A DNA stretch of 64,000 bases from Octopus sinensis (Eukaryota): positions 25,916,001-25,980,000 of the forward strand of contig NC_043017.1 of the NCBI RefSeq assembly GCF_006345805.1, given 5' to 3'. Within the stretch, counting starts at the first letter, position 1; every line of letters starts with the position of its first letter. Shown piece by piece: positions 11,468 through 24,925 of the stretch. A program made the position numbers and the translations under genes. The notes under the pieces are model-generated. The model had not been told where the DNA came from, did no database searches, and saw only the letters and a list, made by a program, of their open reading frames with translations.

Positions 11468-12242
11468 TATATATGTATACATACACAGAAATATATGCAT
11501 ATATACGCACTCACTGATACACATGCACACAATTACACACGCACATTCACACACACGCGTACACACACACACACAGACACTAATCTTGACATGCGATTTA
11601 ATGATACAATTTTATCGGATGCTGTTATTTGTGTTCTTGTGAACGTTTTCACATTCGTCAGAGATCATATTCCCAGTGAACGATCATGCGTCATGGTTGG
11701 GATAAGACTGTTAAAAGGCAGAGAAATCTCCATCCAAATTGGATTATAAATACACACATACACATGTGTGTTTGTGTGTGTGTGTGTCTATATATATATA
11801 TATATAATATATATATATATATGCGTGTGTGTGTGTCTGTTTATACATATGTATACGTTTCGTGTAACGTTGAAGTACTAATTCAAAAACCCAATTGTTT
11901 TGTTAAAGAATTTTCGAAAAGATTGTCAAAAGCCTATAGAATAACGTACATTTTTTCTAACGTATGCGAATTTCCATCACGCAAACGCATACACATACTA
12001 TCATCTACGCTTCACACCACTACAAATACAGGACGACTCTCATACAGAGAGAGAGAGAGAGAGGAGTGAAAAAGCAGATCTTAATGCACTCAAAATTTTG
12101 AAATGACACATGCACGCACGCACACAATACATATCTATGTAAATTCATTTAATTTTGGCTTTGATCTGGGAGTTCGATTTCCTGAACACGTCCACGAGTA
12201 CCGGATATCAGATACAAGTACAATTCGGAGGTAACGTTCCTG

Positions 12243-12297
<55 letters not shown>

Positions 12298-12619
12298 AAA
12301 GACATAACTAAGCTTTAGAACATTATTCAGCAAGAAAAATGGAGTGAGCAGTTCGTTATATTATATAATATTATATAATTTCACAACTTTTCCATCGTAA
12401 TTCATTGAGACTAGCGTTACTATTTTATTGTATAATATGTGTGTTATTCTATTGCATAATACACTGCATCGGCATTCTCATACTAATATGGAAAAAAGAT
12501 CGACACATCAGGATCATGTATAATATCACTTTGCTAGATGTACATAAATTTTATAGAATTTTATACCGTTCATTGAAGTATTTGCCGATTTATTTGCAAA
12601 TCATAGATATAGTAGCGGT

Positions 12620-12700
12620 TTCTCTTACCGAATCGCGAAGTTACACAACAGCACCGGTTGTCAAGCGATGGTTGTTGACGAACACCGATACACAAATGCA
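12620..12700 (-). mobile_element. SINE family A internal fragment
   Basis: ccgaatcgcgaagttac...cagcaccggttgtcaagcgatg. Confidence 0.6.
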
Positions 12701-12960
12701 CCCACAACAGCCCCCCACACACGCCTCTCAAACTTACACTCATTAGCTTTGCGTCACTCTCTCAGTAAGTATATATATATAAGGAAGAAAAAGAAAGAAA
12801 ATGGAGATTGGGAAGTTAATAATTGTTTATTATTAACAACAAATTAATCATTAAATTAATTTCCCAAATATAGTATGCATTGAAGCAGTAATACCTTGGA
12901 TGAAATCAACCCTTTATGAAGTTAACACAAGCTGTAATCGAACTGTATATATATATGTAT

Positions 12961-13365
12961 ACTCTTTCTTTTACTCTTTTACATGTTTCAGTCATTTGAC
13001 TGCGGCCATGCTGGAGCACCGCCTTTAATCGAGCAACTCGACCCCAGGACTTATTCTTTTGTAAGCCCAGTACTTATTCTATCGGTCTCTTTCGCCGAAC
13101 CGCTAAGTGACGGGGACGTAAAAACACCAGCATCGGTTGTCAAGCAATGCTAGGGGGACAAACACAGACACACAAGCATACACGCACACACACACATATA
13201 TATACATATACATATATACGACGGGCTTCTTTCAGTTTCCGTCTGCCAAATCCACTCACAAGGCCCGGGGCTATAGCAGAAGACACTTGCCCAAGGTGCC
13301 ACGCAGTGGGACTGAACCCGGAACCATGCGGTTGGTTAGCAAGCTACTTACCGCACAGCCACTCC
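12961..13365 (-). mobile_element. SINE family A, young, small internal deletion
   Basis: High similarity to the other A copies over the whole length. Confidence 0.93.
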
Positions 13366-14269
13366 ATATATATATATATATTTGTGTGTGTATGTATATT
13401 CACGAGAGGCTGCTGAAAATTCCTGGTTATGGGTAATGAAAATCAGCAGGGTCAGTTTATTATTATATATTATTTTTATTCAATGTATCTCCCCCTCAGA
13501 TTCATACCTTTATAGTGGCCTTTAGGTTTTCTAAGTCCTGCAAAATCTCGAAAGATTGGGATTCGATACAGGCCTTTCGAGATACTCTTAAAGTCAGGAC
13601 TTTCGTGATCCTTTTAAAGCCAGAACTTTCCAGCACAGCCACTCCATATATACTTACCGCACAGCCACTCCATATATATATATATATTTGTGTGTGTATG
13701 TATATTCACGAGAGGCTGCTGAAAATTCCTGGTTATGGGTAAATGAAAATACAGCAGGGTCAGTTTATTATTATATTATTATTTTTATTCAATGTATTCT
13801 CCCCTCAGATTCATACCCTTATAGTGGCCCTTTAGGTTTTCTAAGTCCTGCAAAAAATCTCGAAAGATTGGGATTCGATACAGGCCTTTCGAGATACTCT
13901 TAAAGTCAGGACTTTCGTGATCCTCTTAAAGCCAGAACTTTCCAGCACAGCCACTCCATATATACTTACCGCACAGCCACTCCATATATATATATATATT
14001 TGTGTGTGTATGTATATTCACGAGAGGCTGCTGAAAATTCCTGGTTATGGGTAAATGAAAATACAGCAGGGTCAGTTTATTATTATATTATTATTTTTAT
14101 TCAATGTATTCTCCCCTCAGATTCATACCCTTATAGTGGCCCTTTAGGTTTTCTAAGTCCTGCAAAAAATCTCGAAAGATTGGGATTCGATACAGGCCTT
14201 TCGAGATACTCTTAAAGTCAGAACTTTCGTGATCCTCTTAAAGCCAGAACTTTCCAGCAACTCGTCGTA
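13347..14269. repeat. Tandem triplication, period about 312 bp (SINE A 5' tip + microsatellite + mariner MITE)
   Basis: Units start at 13347, 13653 and 13965. ORFs 13688-13903 and 14000-14215 translate identically. Confidence 0.95.
14019..14269. mobile_element. Complete mariner-derived MITE, about 250 bp
   Basis: Left TIR cacgagaggctgctgaaaattcctgg vs reverse complement of the right end tacgacgagttgctggaaagttctgg. Minus strand encodes NLRGEYIE*. Confidence 0.8.
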
Positions 14270-14394
14270 TTTCCTGTAATTGTGCGTGCATATATTTTGA
14301 AACACATACACACACACACACACACAAACACATACTCATAAACATGGATTATGCATATTCATTAACATTTTGTTACTCAGTTCCATATAATCAA

Positions 14395-14433
14395 ATTATA
14401 TATATATACATATATGTATATATGTATATATAT

Positions 14434-14465
<32 letters not shown>

Positions 14466-14571
14466 GTATGTTATATAATAATATATATATATATATATAT
14501 ACACATATATAATGTATATACATATAATATATATATATATATATACATACATATATATATATATATATATT

Positions 14572-14613
<42 letters not shown>

Positions 14614-14734
14614 TATATGCTATATACAATAGATATATAATATATTACATACATATATATATATAATATAGTATGATATAATATATTATATATAATATAT
14701 ATATATATAAATATCTATAATGTATATATGTATG

Positions 14735-14800
<66 letters not shown>

Positions 14801-14820
14801 GTATATTATATTTATATATA
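14395..14820. repeat. Long degenerate (TA)n tract
   Basis: Seen directly. Confidence 0.95.
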
Positions 14821-15690
14821 TACCATATTGTCCATATCACTTCTCAGGAGAAAATTCCTTCCAAGGTTTTTCATGATGTAATTATTGTAACTTCAAAGAC
14901 ATTTATTAATATATAAGCTTATCTAAACATGACTATTATTTCTCCGGATATCAATATAAATATATGCCGATAAATTTAATATAGTTGCATTTTCATTGCC
15001 AATTATATTTCTGAGGAAATCGTTGAAATTTGACAGTATATGTTTAAAATAACTTTCGATCATCATTTAAAAGATTTCACATTTTTCTCATCTTTCTGAT
15101 TTCTCTGTACACAGTACCAGTTTTGAGAACATCTTATTAATAATAATGTTTTGTCTTAATGTATATGCGATACATATATTTTCTAGGAAGTGACAAATCT
15201 AAATGGGGAAAATGAATAATGTCGGTGTTTCTAGGTAAAACGTAATTGAAATAATTTCTCACACAGCAAGTAGAATTTGCTACTAATGTTTAATGTCAAA
15301 ATTTTCTACGGAGAATAAATTGAAAAAGAGAGACGGCTTCAAGAGAAGCAAATGCGTACTTCATGTAACTTCAAATAATATGGTAGATAATGATTATCTA
15401 TGCTATAGGCGCAGAGGGAGCCAATTTTTTGATATGTTTATATTCACTTTTGTTGTGTTCAATTTGCGAGGTTTTCATGAGTGGCAAAGCTGTGGGATTT
15501 TCATTTCAAACAATAAAATATATTTCTACGAATTACACGCTGTTTCTTCTCTAATATTGTATCTCTTTTTCCATGAACCGTACTACCGTAGAATAATACA
15601 GTCGCAAACGAAACAATGAGTAGTGCGAGAAAACATTGTTTCAATCACAGAACTGCTCTCACACACACACGAACACACACATACTGAACC

Positions 15691-15890
15691 AATAACCCTA
15701 GGTAGAAGGCCTGGTCCTTGTGGGTGAGTGGGGAGCTAGTCAATTAGATCGACCCCACTACGGAACTGGAAGTTAATATATTGACTCCCAAAAGGATGAA
15801 AGGCAAATTCGACCTCGGTGGAATTTGAACTTAGAAAGTAGCAGTTGACAAACTACCTCGAATTATTCCACCCGGCGTGCCAACGTTTCT
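15691..15890 (-). mobile_element. SINE family B, diverged
   Basis: gatcgacccc...aaaggatgaaaggcaaattcgacctcggtggaatttgaactt...ccggcgtgccaac. Confidence 0.8.
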
Positions 15891-15894
15891 TTTT

Positions 15895-16058
15895 TCTTTA
15901 TTGCCCATAGGTTGGGGGGGGGGAAATAGACGGGAAAATCAAGGACAGAGAAAGGACCTCGGTGCGTAACTGGTACTTAATTTGTCTTCCCCGAAAAGAT
16001 GAAAGGCAAAGTCGACATCGGCGGAATTTGAACTCACAACGTAGCGGCAGACGAAATT
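15895..16058 (-). mobile_element. SINE family B, second adjacent copy, 5'-truncated
   Basis: tttctttattgccc...gtgcgtaactggtactta...gaaaggcaaagtcgacatcggcggaatttgaactc. Confidence 0.8.
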
Positions 16059-16340
16059 TCATGTTTCCAGAGGTGAATTATTCAAACCCCAAAGAATCCC
16101 TCTCAACCCATGGCTATGATGCTCCCCCCACTACTTCTGCTCATGATCAGAGATGCACATATCATCAGCAACTAAGGGACATGGTCAACTGGTTAAGGTT
16201 CAACAACTGACAAACAAATCTGTGGTATTGAGCAGAATATTTGCTGTAGCCCATCTTTTATACCAACACAAAACAATGTACATGATAATACTTCCAATCA
16301 GTTAAGATCAGAAGCCACGAGAGCCACTGCCTGGTAGTGC
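16058..16340. mobile_element. Interspersed repeat fragment abutting (ATT)n, possibly the 3' region of a (TAA)n-associated LINE
   Basis: Recognised only from memory as an abundant octopus repeat. In-window evidence is limited to complexity and adjacency to (ATT)n. Confidence 0.3.
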
Positions 16341-17016
16341 TATTATTATTATTATTATTAGTAGTAGTAGTATCACTAATACTGTCATTACTATTGCTAT
16401 TATAATACATATCAATGAGGCAATAACATTGTAAGTGATAAAAAGAATTAAGGAATCGAAGGAAAGAATGTATTCGTAGCCTTGCAAACGGGAACATGCG
16501 CGTATTCAATGTACAATAGATACGAACATTGAAAGTGAAAAAATAAAAGGGGGCGTTATGCGTTGCATTCTTGTACATGAAAGACATTATGTAAGCAATT
16601 CACCAGCTGATCAAAATTATTCTTGGTAAAAGGTACGACACTCAGATCCAATCGATATACAAAAATGTGAAACTAAAATAAAATCGTCATAACAATAAAA
16701 ACTGCAATTAAAGCAACAACTAAAAAACAAAATGAAGAAATGAATGACTACTGCAAAGAAATGAAACAAAAACGCATCAAAATTTATTCTACGTAATACA
16801 AAAAAAAAACAAAAAAGCAAAACAAAGGAAAACAAAGTAAGAATTATGGACGCAATAAGTGTGCAACAAAAACATGTGTGTACCATCTGAGAGAATAGAA
16901 GAAAAGGTAAAGAACAGCAATTACATATGTCATAGCTAAGAGAAAAATTATGCAAAAAGTAACCGAATGAGCCATATGTAAATGTGCGTGTGTATGTGTG
17001 CGTATGCTAGTGTGTT

Positions 17017-17088
<72 letters not shown>

Positions 17089-17116
17089 TATATGTATATA
17101 TTTATGTAAATATATG

Positions 17117-17149
<33 letters not shown>

Positions 17150-17399
17150 GTACGTCACACACGCATATATATATGAGTGTATATATATGGATATGTGTAT
17201 GTTTTGGTGCATCGTTGTATATGTGTGTAATATTTACTTAATGAATGACCTGATGGCAGTTTTTACGAACATGAACTTTGTAAACTCATTAACGGAGTTA
17301 AATAAGTAACCATGCACTGACAGAACAGTTAGATACATAGATGCAAGAATAACACTGAGTGTATATTCATACATACATACACCCACACACACACACACG

Positions 17400-17449
<50 letters not shown>

Positions 17450-17537
17450 TATATATGTATACATGTATTTATTATATGGAAATATAGATTTATGCATATT
17501 TGCATTACATAAGTAACACATACACGCACACACTCAG

Positions 17538-17559
<22 letters not shown>

Positions 17560-17577
<18 letters not shown>

Positions 17578-17661
17578 TATGTTGTTTGAGTTAAGTATAT
17601 ATCTACATATACACATATAGACATACATATATACACACATTTATATGGATATATGTAGCTA

Positions 17662-17704
<43 letters not shown>

Positions 17705-17910
17705 GTGTATATATATATATGTATATATGTTATATATATATGTATATATATGTGTATATATATATATATATATATAATATATATGTATATATGTGTATAT
17801 ATACATATGTATTTATATATATATGCATATACATATAATATACATGTTTATATAGACGTATATAAATATACATGTATATATATATATATATTCCCATATA
17901 TATACATACC

Positions 17911-17981
<71 letters not shown>

Positions 17982-17988
17982 TTGTGTG

Positions 17989-18019
<31 letters not shown>

Positions 18020-18080
18020 CGCACGTACATATAAGCATGTGTTTATGTTTGTTTGTATGTATATATATATATATATATAA
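17560..18080. repeat. Long (TA)n/(TATG)n/(TG)n compound tract
   Basis: Seen directly. Confidence 0.95.
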
Positions 18081-18834
18081 AGGAAAAGGGAGAAGAAGAG
18101 GGAGCCGAGAATTCGTATGCACGCATGCCAAGGCAAATTATGAGAGTGCCGACATAGGCTTAAATCAAATTACATAAAAATATGATGGAAGTGCATTTTG
18201 TAAATCGCCATGCTTTTTAACAATTCTTATTACAAAGGAATATACGTATATATATATATCTGAACACGTCGTCGATCTATCATTCAACAGTCACATAATC
18301 ACAAATACATATACACCACAAATAACCGAACATACATTCTGTGCCACACACAAACGCAAACACATATATCGTTTGTACGCATGCTCTTCCGTAACCTCCT
18401 GTAACTGTGACCTCTAACCGATACGTTATACTGTTATTCGCTTCGAATATATTCCTGGTCACATTGACATTATTCTTCACGTTAACTGATAAGAGCTGGC
18501 AGACTTTTTCATTCTTTTATTCTTTTTACTTACTGTAAGATTTTGATCGATGGAGCTACAAGAAAACAATGCGGCAATACCAATAGAAAGCAGTTTCCCC
18601 TGTTTTGGAAGAAGTAGTTTGTGAAGTCTTAGTTCAGTTCTTATTTGGAACATACCATTTGGTTGTGCACATCGAAGCTAGGGGGTTCAGTGTTGTTAAT
18701 CGCTTTCGATATATTTGGGTCATTAACTTTTATCACTTGCATGGAATATAAAATAAGAAATTGCACATATATCGAAACACGCAAATATATACAGACGTTG
18801 TACGCGCTTCACGCTAAACCGATGTGTATTTCAA

Positions 18835-18862
18835 TAATGATGATGATGATGATAATACTACA

Positions 18863-18932
<70 letters not shown>

Positions 18933-19035
18933 ATAATAATAATAATAATTATAATAATGATGATGATGATGATACTAATAATAATAATAATAATAATAAA
19001 TATTAATAAATATTAATAATAATGATATTATTATT
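18835..19035. repeat. Compound trinucleotide array (GAT)n-(ACT)n-(AAT)n
   Basis: Seen directly; source of the poly-L and poly-T ORFs. Confidence 0.95.
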
Positions 19036-19133
19036 ATTGAGTGAGAGAGCAGTTCATGCCATCAAAGTGACACTGTGGGTAAATATACGAAGCCCAATAT
19101 ACCCATCATGACTACTCGTCTGATAAGGGTACA
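19036..19133. mobile_element. Short repeat fragment embedded between (ATT)n tracts
   Basis: gagtgagagagcag...ctgataagggtaca flanked on both sides by (ATT)n. Recalled as belonging to the same element as 16058-16340, not verified. Confidence 0.3.
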
Positions 19134-19134
19134 A

Positions 19135-19197
<63 letters not shown>

Positions 19198-19244
19198 GAA
19201 TAGGAATAATAGTACATTAGTTTATTGAAATTTTGGAAGAAGTG

Positions 19245-19410
19245 GGTTAGTTGAATGTTTCGGGCCCCGTATTTAAATAGTATGTATTTCATGAACCTCG
19301 AAAGGATGAAATGCAAAGCAAATGTCATGGGAATTTGAAAGCAAAATATGAAGCCGAACGAAATATTGTTAAGCATTTCCGGCATGCTAACCACAGTGTC
19401 ACCTCATATT
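19245..19410 (-). mobile_element. SINE family B, old
   Basis: cctcgaaaggatgaaatgcaaag...gggaatttgaa...aagcatttccggcatgctaac. Confidence 0.65.
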
Positions 19411-19545
19411 CGACCTGGCTTCTTTACCTTGAACTGATAGGGCCGGTTTCCTTGTTTCCATGGCAACGTATATTTCCAACCTGGACGAGGAGGCTGCTCT
19501 GTCGCCAGATTAATAATTTTTGCCAACTCAGTGGATTGCAGAAGT

Positions 19546-19929
19546 GGAGGCGCAATGGCCCAGGGGTTAGGGCAGCGGACTCGCGGTCATAGGATCGCAG
19601 TTTCGATTCCCAGACCGGGCGTTGTGAGTGTTTATTGAGCGAAAACACCTAAAAGCTCCACGAGGCTCCGGCAGGGGATGGTGGTGATCCCTGCTGTACT
19701 CTTTCACCACAACTTTCTCTCACTCTTACTTCCTGTTTCTGTTGTACCTGTATTTCAAAGGGCCGGCCTTGTCACTCTCTGTGTCTCGCTGAATATCCCC
19801 GAGAACTACGTTAAGGGTACACGTGTCTGTGGAGTGCTCAGCCACTTACACGTTAATTACACGAGCAGGCTGTTCCGTTGATTCGGATCAACCGGAATCC
19901 TCGTCGTCGTAACCGACGGAGTGCTTCCA
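19546..19929 (+). mobile_element. SINE family C, full length, with TSD
   Basis: Near-identical to 5194-5576. TSD ggattgca(g/a)aa starts at 19533 and 19930. Confidence 0.93.
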
Positions 19930-20024
19930 GGATTGCAAAAACATAAAATAAAGTGTTTTAATCAAGAAAACAACGCGTCTTACCATGATGAGTCCAACAC
20001 CCTAACAACTATCCATATGCCTCC

Positions 20025-20120
20025 ACCAGGCACTTGCCCCTGGTGTCATGCAGTGGTGGGACTGAACACGGAAGCAACAGGTTGCGAAGCATGCTTCTTA
20101 CAACACGGTAACGCCTACAC
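20025..20120 (-). mobile_element. SINE family A head fragment
   Basis: cacttgccc...gtgtcatgcagtgg.tgggactgaac. Confidence 0.6.
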
Positions 20121-20279
20121 TGTTGTCCTGATTGTACTGGAGGATAGGAAATTAAAATTTTAATAAACTTGGGCTTGTATTAAAAACGTATAGCTCTTAG
20201 AACTTCTCATTAAACAAACCGCTAAACACATACGTGTGTATAAATGCAACGGGGAACGCACAAGTATACATACATACAT

Positions 20280-20370
<91 letters not shown>

Positions 20371-20471
20371 TATTGACTTGAATTATGGCTCCATGTCATC
20401 ATATGAAAGGAACTCCACTTAAGAGAAAATACACTACAACTATGTATATATATATACACTAACAACTATAT

Positions 20472-20550
<79 letters not shown>

Positions 20551-20639
20551 GATATAATTATATATATGAGTGTGTGCATATGTATACATATATATATATG
20601 TGTGTGTATCAGAACACATACATTTATATATCTATGAAA

Positions 20640-20714
<75 letters not shown>

Positions 20715-21184
20715 CATTTCATTTACATGCATATATGTATGCCATCTGTTTTCCGGGTTTAATATCCATTTATGAATTCAGCTTTCAGTACAAACATTTT
20801 GTCATGCGTTCTATCTATGAATATGTTACATATATATAGACCGATCGAAACATCGCCATGTGAGCATATTTTCTCATTACCTTCTACATATCTAATACAG
20901 TTAATAATTTCTTAATATACACAATTCAAAATTACCGAGAATCCAATGGGTACAATAAGATAAGAAAGTGATGTTGATATGCAAATTATGTAAAATAATA
21001 CAACGAAATATGTAGTCATTTAATTCATATTATCTCTATTAGTTATATTTAATATAAATATAGGTTTAGAGGAAACGAATATCCAACTCAAATTTTGTTA
21101 GGTATCGTAGAGCAGGAACAAACATACATAAGGACCTTGAAGTATGTATATATATATATATATATATATATAAAGAAAGTGAGG

Positions 21185-21305
21185 GGGGGGGAGAATTTAC
21201 AAAATAAAAAAGACAAAAGACCAAGACAGGTCTTCCACCGAAAGGAACACAGAAAGACGCTCTTCCACCGAAAGGAACACAGAAAGAAACAAGGAGACAA
21301 AATAA
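21185..21305 (-). mobile_element. Fragment of the GAAGAGC..GCTCGAAACGT family with an internal tandem duplication
   Basis: Same ends (ggggagaattt/cacaaaa, aagaaacaaggaga) as 42980-43110. tcttccaccgaaaggaacacagaaaga occurs twice. Confidence 0.6.
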
Positions 21306-21334
21306 AGAATATGTAGTGGCTAGTGATCTATCAT

Positions 21335-21393
21335 AGATAGATAGATAGATAGATTGATAGATAGATAGATAGATAGATAAGTAGGTAGATAGG

Positions 21394-21444
<51 letters not shown>

Positions 21445-21464
21445 GTAGGTAGATAGATAGATAA

Positions 21465-21508
<44 letters not shown>

Positions 21509-21519
21509 ATAGATAGATG

Positions 21520-21551
<32 letters not shown>

Positions 21552-21553
21552 TG

Positions 21554-21584
<31 letters not shown>

Positions 21585-21585
21585 G

Positions 21586-21651
<66 letters not shown>

Positions 21652-21652
21652 T
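21335..21652. repeat. (GATA)n microsatellite
   Basis: Seen directly; source of the LSIY-repeat ORFs. Confidence 0.97.
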
Positions 21653-21757
21653 GTTTCTTTATTAGCCACACAGGGCTGCATACAGACAGGACAAAATTAC
21701 AAGGTAGAGCTTTTCTTTTGGGGGTAAAAGAAGGGGGTTTGGTTTTCGATCAAAAGG

Positions 21758-21797
<40 letters not shown>

Positions 21798-22635
21798 TAT
21801 AGATACATTGACAGATAAATAGATAGATTCTCAGCGCTCAGAAGTGATGCGTGTAAATATAAATTTGTAACCATTGAAACGCCTTTGAGGCATATTCGAA
21901 CCTGTAAAAAAGCTATGCGCTCTATTTTGTTTCGCAGAAAATATTTCTCGCTGTGGAGAGGTTGATGTAAATACAGAGTCATTTCGCAGCTGCTCTAACC
22001 AAATTCTTTGATGCATGATTTTCTCAGATGTTTTCTCCCCGCCAGCGGCAGAATTCGAATAGCCACTGCTCTGAACTTATTGAAGTCCTGTCATCGTATA
22101 ATGATTGATTGCGGTAGTCGGCTGCTCGACGTATATAAAACACAGGCAAATGGTCTCGCTGCCTTAGGGACATTTAATAAATTTCACACCTTAATGGCTC
22201 GCATGCATTTTGTAGAAGAATATACTAGAGCAGAGATACATTCATTTTTCTTGCAGTAATACAATTCATTCAAGGCCAGTGTAGTTAACATATAAATATA
22301 TAACAAGTCTTCTTTTTTAAGAGGATTATCGAATCAAAATGTCATCGCCTCCAACTAGAAATCACTTGTATTTCTGAAAGGCAAAAATGTATACGTTACG
22401 CAATTCTACTAGAATTACTCAACCAATAATCGTTAATTCTCGCATGATATTTTCCTTGTTGAATTTATCTGATTTCCTGTGAATCAGCTTCAAGGCACGG
22501 TCAACCTAATGTCCTTAAGAAGAAAAGCGATATTTCTGCAATAACACGTTATGAGATACACGGCAAAATATATTAGGCTGCCAACTAATGAAAGTATATT
22601 TCTTCAGTAGTTAAGTGTAGGTATATAAATAATAC

Positions 22636-22698
<63 letters not shown>

Positions 22699-23366
22699 TG
22701 TTTTGTTTATATACCGACACTTAACAACTGAAGGAATATATACATATATATATATATATATTATATATATATATAATAGGTATGTATATGTATATGCATA
22801 TATATAAATATACATGTATATATACATATATGTACATTATACATATATATATTATATATATATCTGTATATATACACATGTATATTATACATATATACAT
22901 ATATAAATATGTATATAATATACATATATATATATATATATATATTTATATTCATAGATATACGTATATTTATATGTATATATTTGGAAATATTTCTGGT
23001 GGAATTGATGTACTTAACTATAGATCGTTCGACCGTTGTGTTCATACAAATATTGAAGGGAATTCCGTAAATGACAGGTATCTTGTGTCAGCTTCTCAAT
23101 ATTAGCCATGTAAATCTAATAAGGGTCATTCATTGCTCTCTTTTGAAGTATGGGGGTCTACCTACTTACTTGGAGATAAAAATGCCAGTTGCTAGAATTC
23201 CCTCTCAAATAAACCCGGAAGGTTATAATCACGTATCGACCGTGCCATCATGCAAACAGAGAGGTCGAGGTGAAATAGGGCTACATATCATTATATCAAA
23301 GGAATCCATATAAGAGAAAATACACGAACGACTTCGTATATGTGTACGTGTGTGTGAGCGTGAGTG

Positions 23367-23401
<35 letters not shown>

Positions 23402-23408
23402 ATGTATG

Positions 23409-23459
<51 letters not shown>

Positions 23460-23596
23460 TATATATATATATATATATATATATAGATATATATATATAT
23501 ACATATATAAATATGTATATAATATACATATATATAAATATACATGTATATATACATATATGTACATTATACATATATATATATATTATATATATA

Positions 23597-23645
<49 letters not shown>

Positions 23646-23822
23646 CATATATATACATAAGGGTTTCCATATAGTCGTTAAAAAATTCCCTCTTACATTT
23701 ATGTATGAATTACTATTTACTGAAACTCAGTTTTTTTTTATATGCTAGACCACTGGTGTCCAAATTGATGTTATATAATTAATATCCAATTTTTCACCCT
23801 CATTTTGATTATATATATATAC

Positions 23823-23854
<32 letters not shown>

Positions 23855-24154
23855 TATATATATATATAAATACATACATATATTTTTTGTTACCAGTATT
23901 ATTAATAAGGATTTGTACGAATTTGCATAGTGTTACCTTTATTTCTTGATTTGCATATATACTAATTTAGACGAACCCTACTAAAAATACCGGTGCAGTA
24001 TCTTCAGGGTCTTCACTTGGTTTCCTTCAATGGTGCTGTTTACAGATTTTCTTTTATCTACTCTGCGTTGAATGATGTAAAGCTGTCCGTAAATTTAGAT
24101 ACGAACAAGCTCAACTTCAAATTTTATTAGATAATCATTTTAAGTCCATTATAT

Positions 24155-24295
24155 AGTTGCTTGCTTGCGAACCAAATGGTTCCAGGTTCAGTCCTACTGC
24201 GTGGCACCTTGGGTAAGTGCCTTCTTCTATAGCCTCGGGCTGACCAAATCCTTGCGAGTAGATTTAGTAGACGGATACTGAAAGAAGCCCGCCGT
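24155..24295 (+). mobile_element. SINE family A, 5' half
   Basis: ggttccaggttcagtcctactgcgtggcaccttgggtaagtg...gaaagaagcccg. Confidence 0.85.
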
Positions 24296-24399
24296 AGTCT
24301 GTAGTCTGCGGTTTTGTCAAGGACAGGTAAAAAAACACACGTGATATTTTACGATAGAGTTGAGAAGTCTACAAGAGAATAATTAAACATGTTTTGGTA

Positions 24400-24925
24400 A
24401 GTCGATGGCGAAGAGGCAATGGATGGCACGCAATGATTTGAGTGATGTGGAGACTTAAAAAACGGAAGAAAGTCCCTGAATGTCGATGAGTGATCTGGAA
24501 ATCCTAACGAACACCAACCCAGGAAATGTGGTTTGTGCATAGAGAATTCGACAACCCAGGGCTACCCCGTCAATCGACTGTTCTGCTGTGATGTTTTCAA
24601 TCGTTTGAGAGAGGACATTCGGCGAAAACGACTGGATTTTTGTTGCGCAAAGAATTTATTTCTTTGAATTTGTCTTTTTTATGATTCCTGTCTCTCCTCA
24701 CTCGTGAGTTTCTCACCAAAAACCAACATAGTATCGCTTCGGCAGCACCCGCCTTATTCGCCAGATTTATCACCCGCTACCTTCCAGCTCTTCCCCGAAG
24801 ATACAAATACTACTCAAGGGTCTCCGTTTTAACACCCCTGTTAAGATCCTGAGCGAATCACAGAAGGTCCTCGACTTGCTTACACAGGGACCCTTATATT
24901 GCATCGAAGAAATGATGTTGAAACT
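24400..24925 (+). pseudogene. Internally deleted, frameshifted mariner transposase remnant
   Basis: Peptides KNGRKSLNVDE*SGNP, VNRLFCCDVFNRLREDIRRKR, HPPYSPDLSP (24746-24775; mariner YSPDL motif) and LFPKIQILLKGLRF. Confidence 0.85.

Noticed and set aside
13347-14269. Regular repeat arrays (also 52973-53353) as CRISPR candidates
   Set aside because: Whole units are duplicated with no unique spacers; eukaryotic context and no cas genes.
21066-21671. 201-aa ORF, the longest in the window, and similar LSIY/YI-repeat ORFs
   Set aside because: Translation of (GATA)n or (TA)n microsatellites; no coding signal.
22008-22259. 83-aa complex ORF; similar ones at 44728-44937, 55246-55476 and 61369-61593
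   Set aside because: No recognisable family; lengths are expected by chance. Kept only as possible non-repetitive islands.
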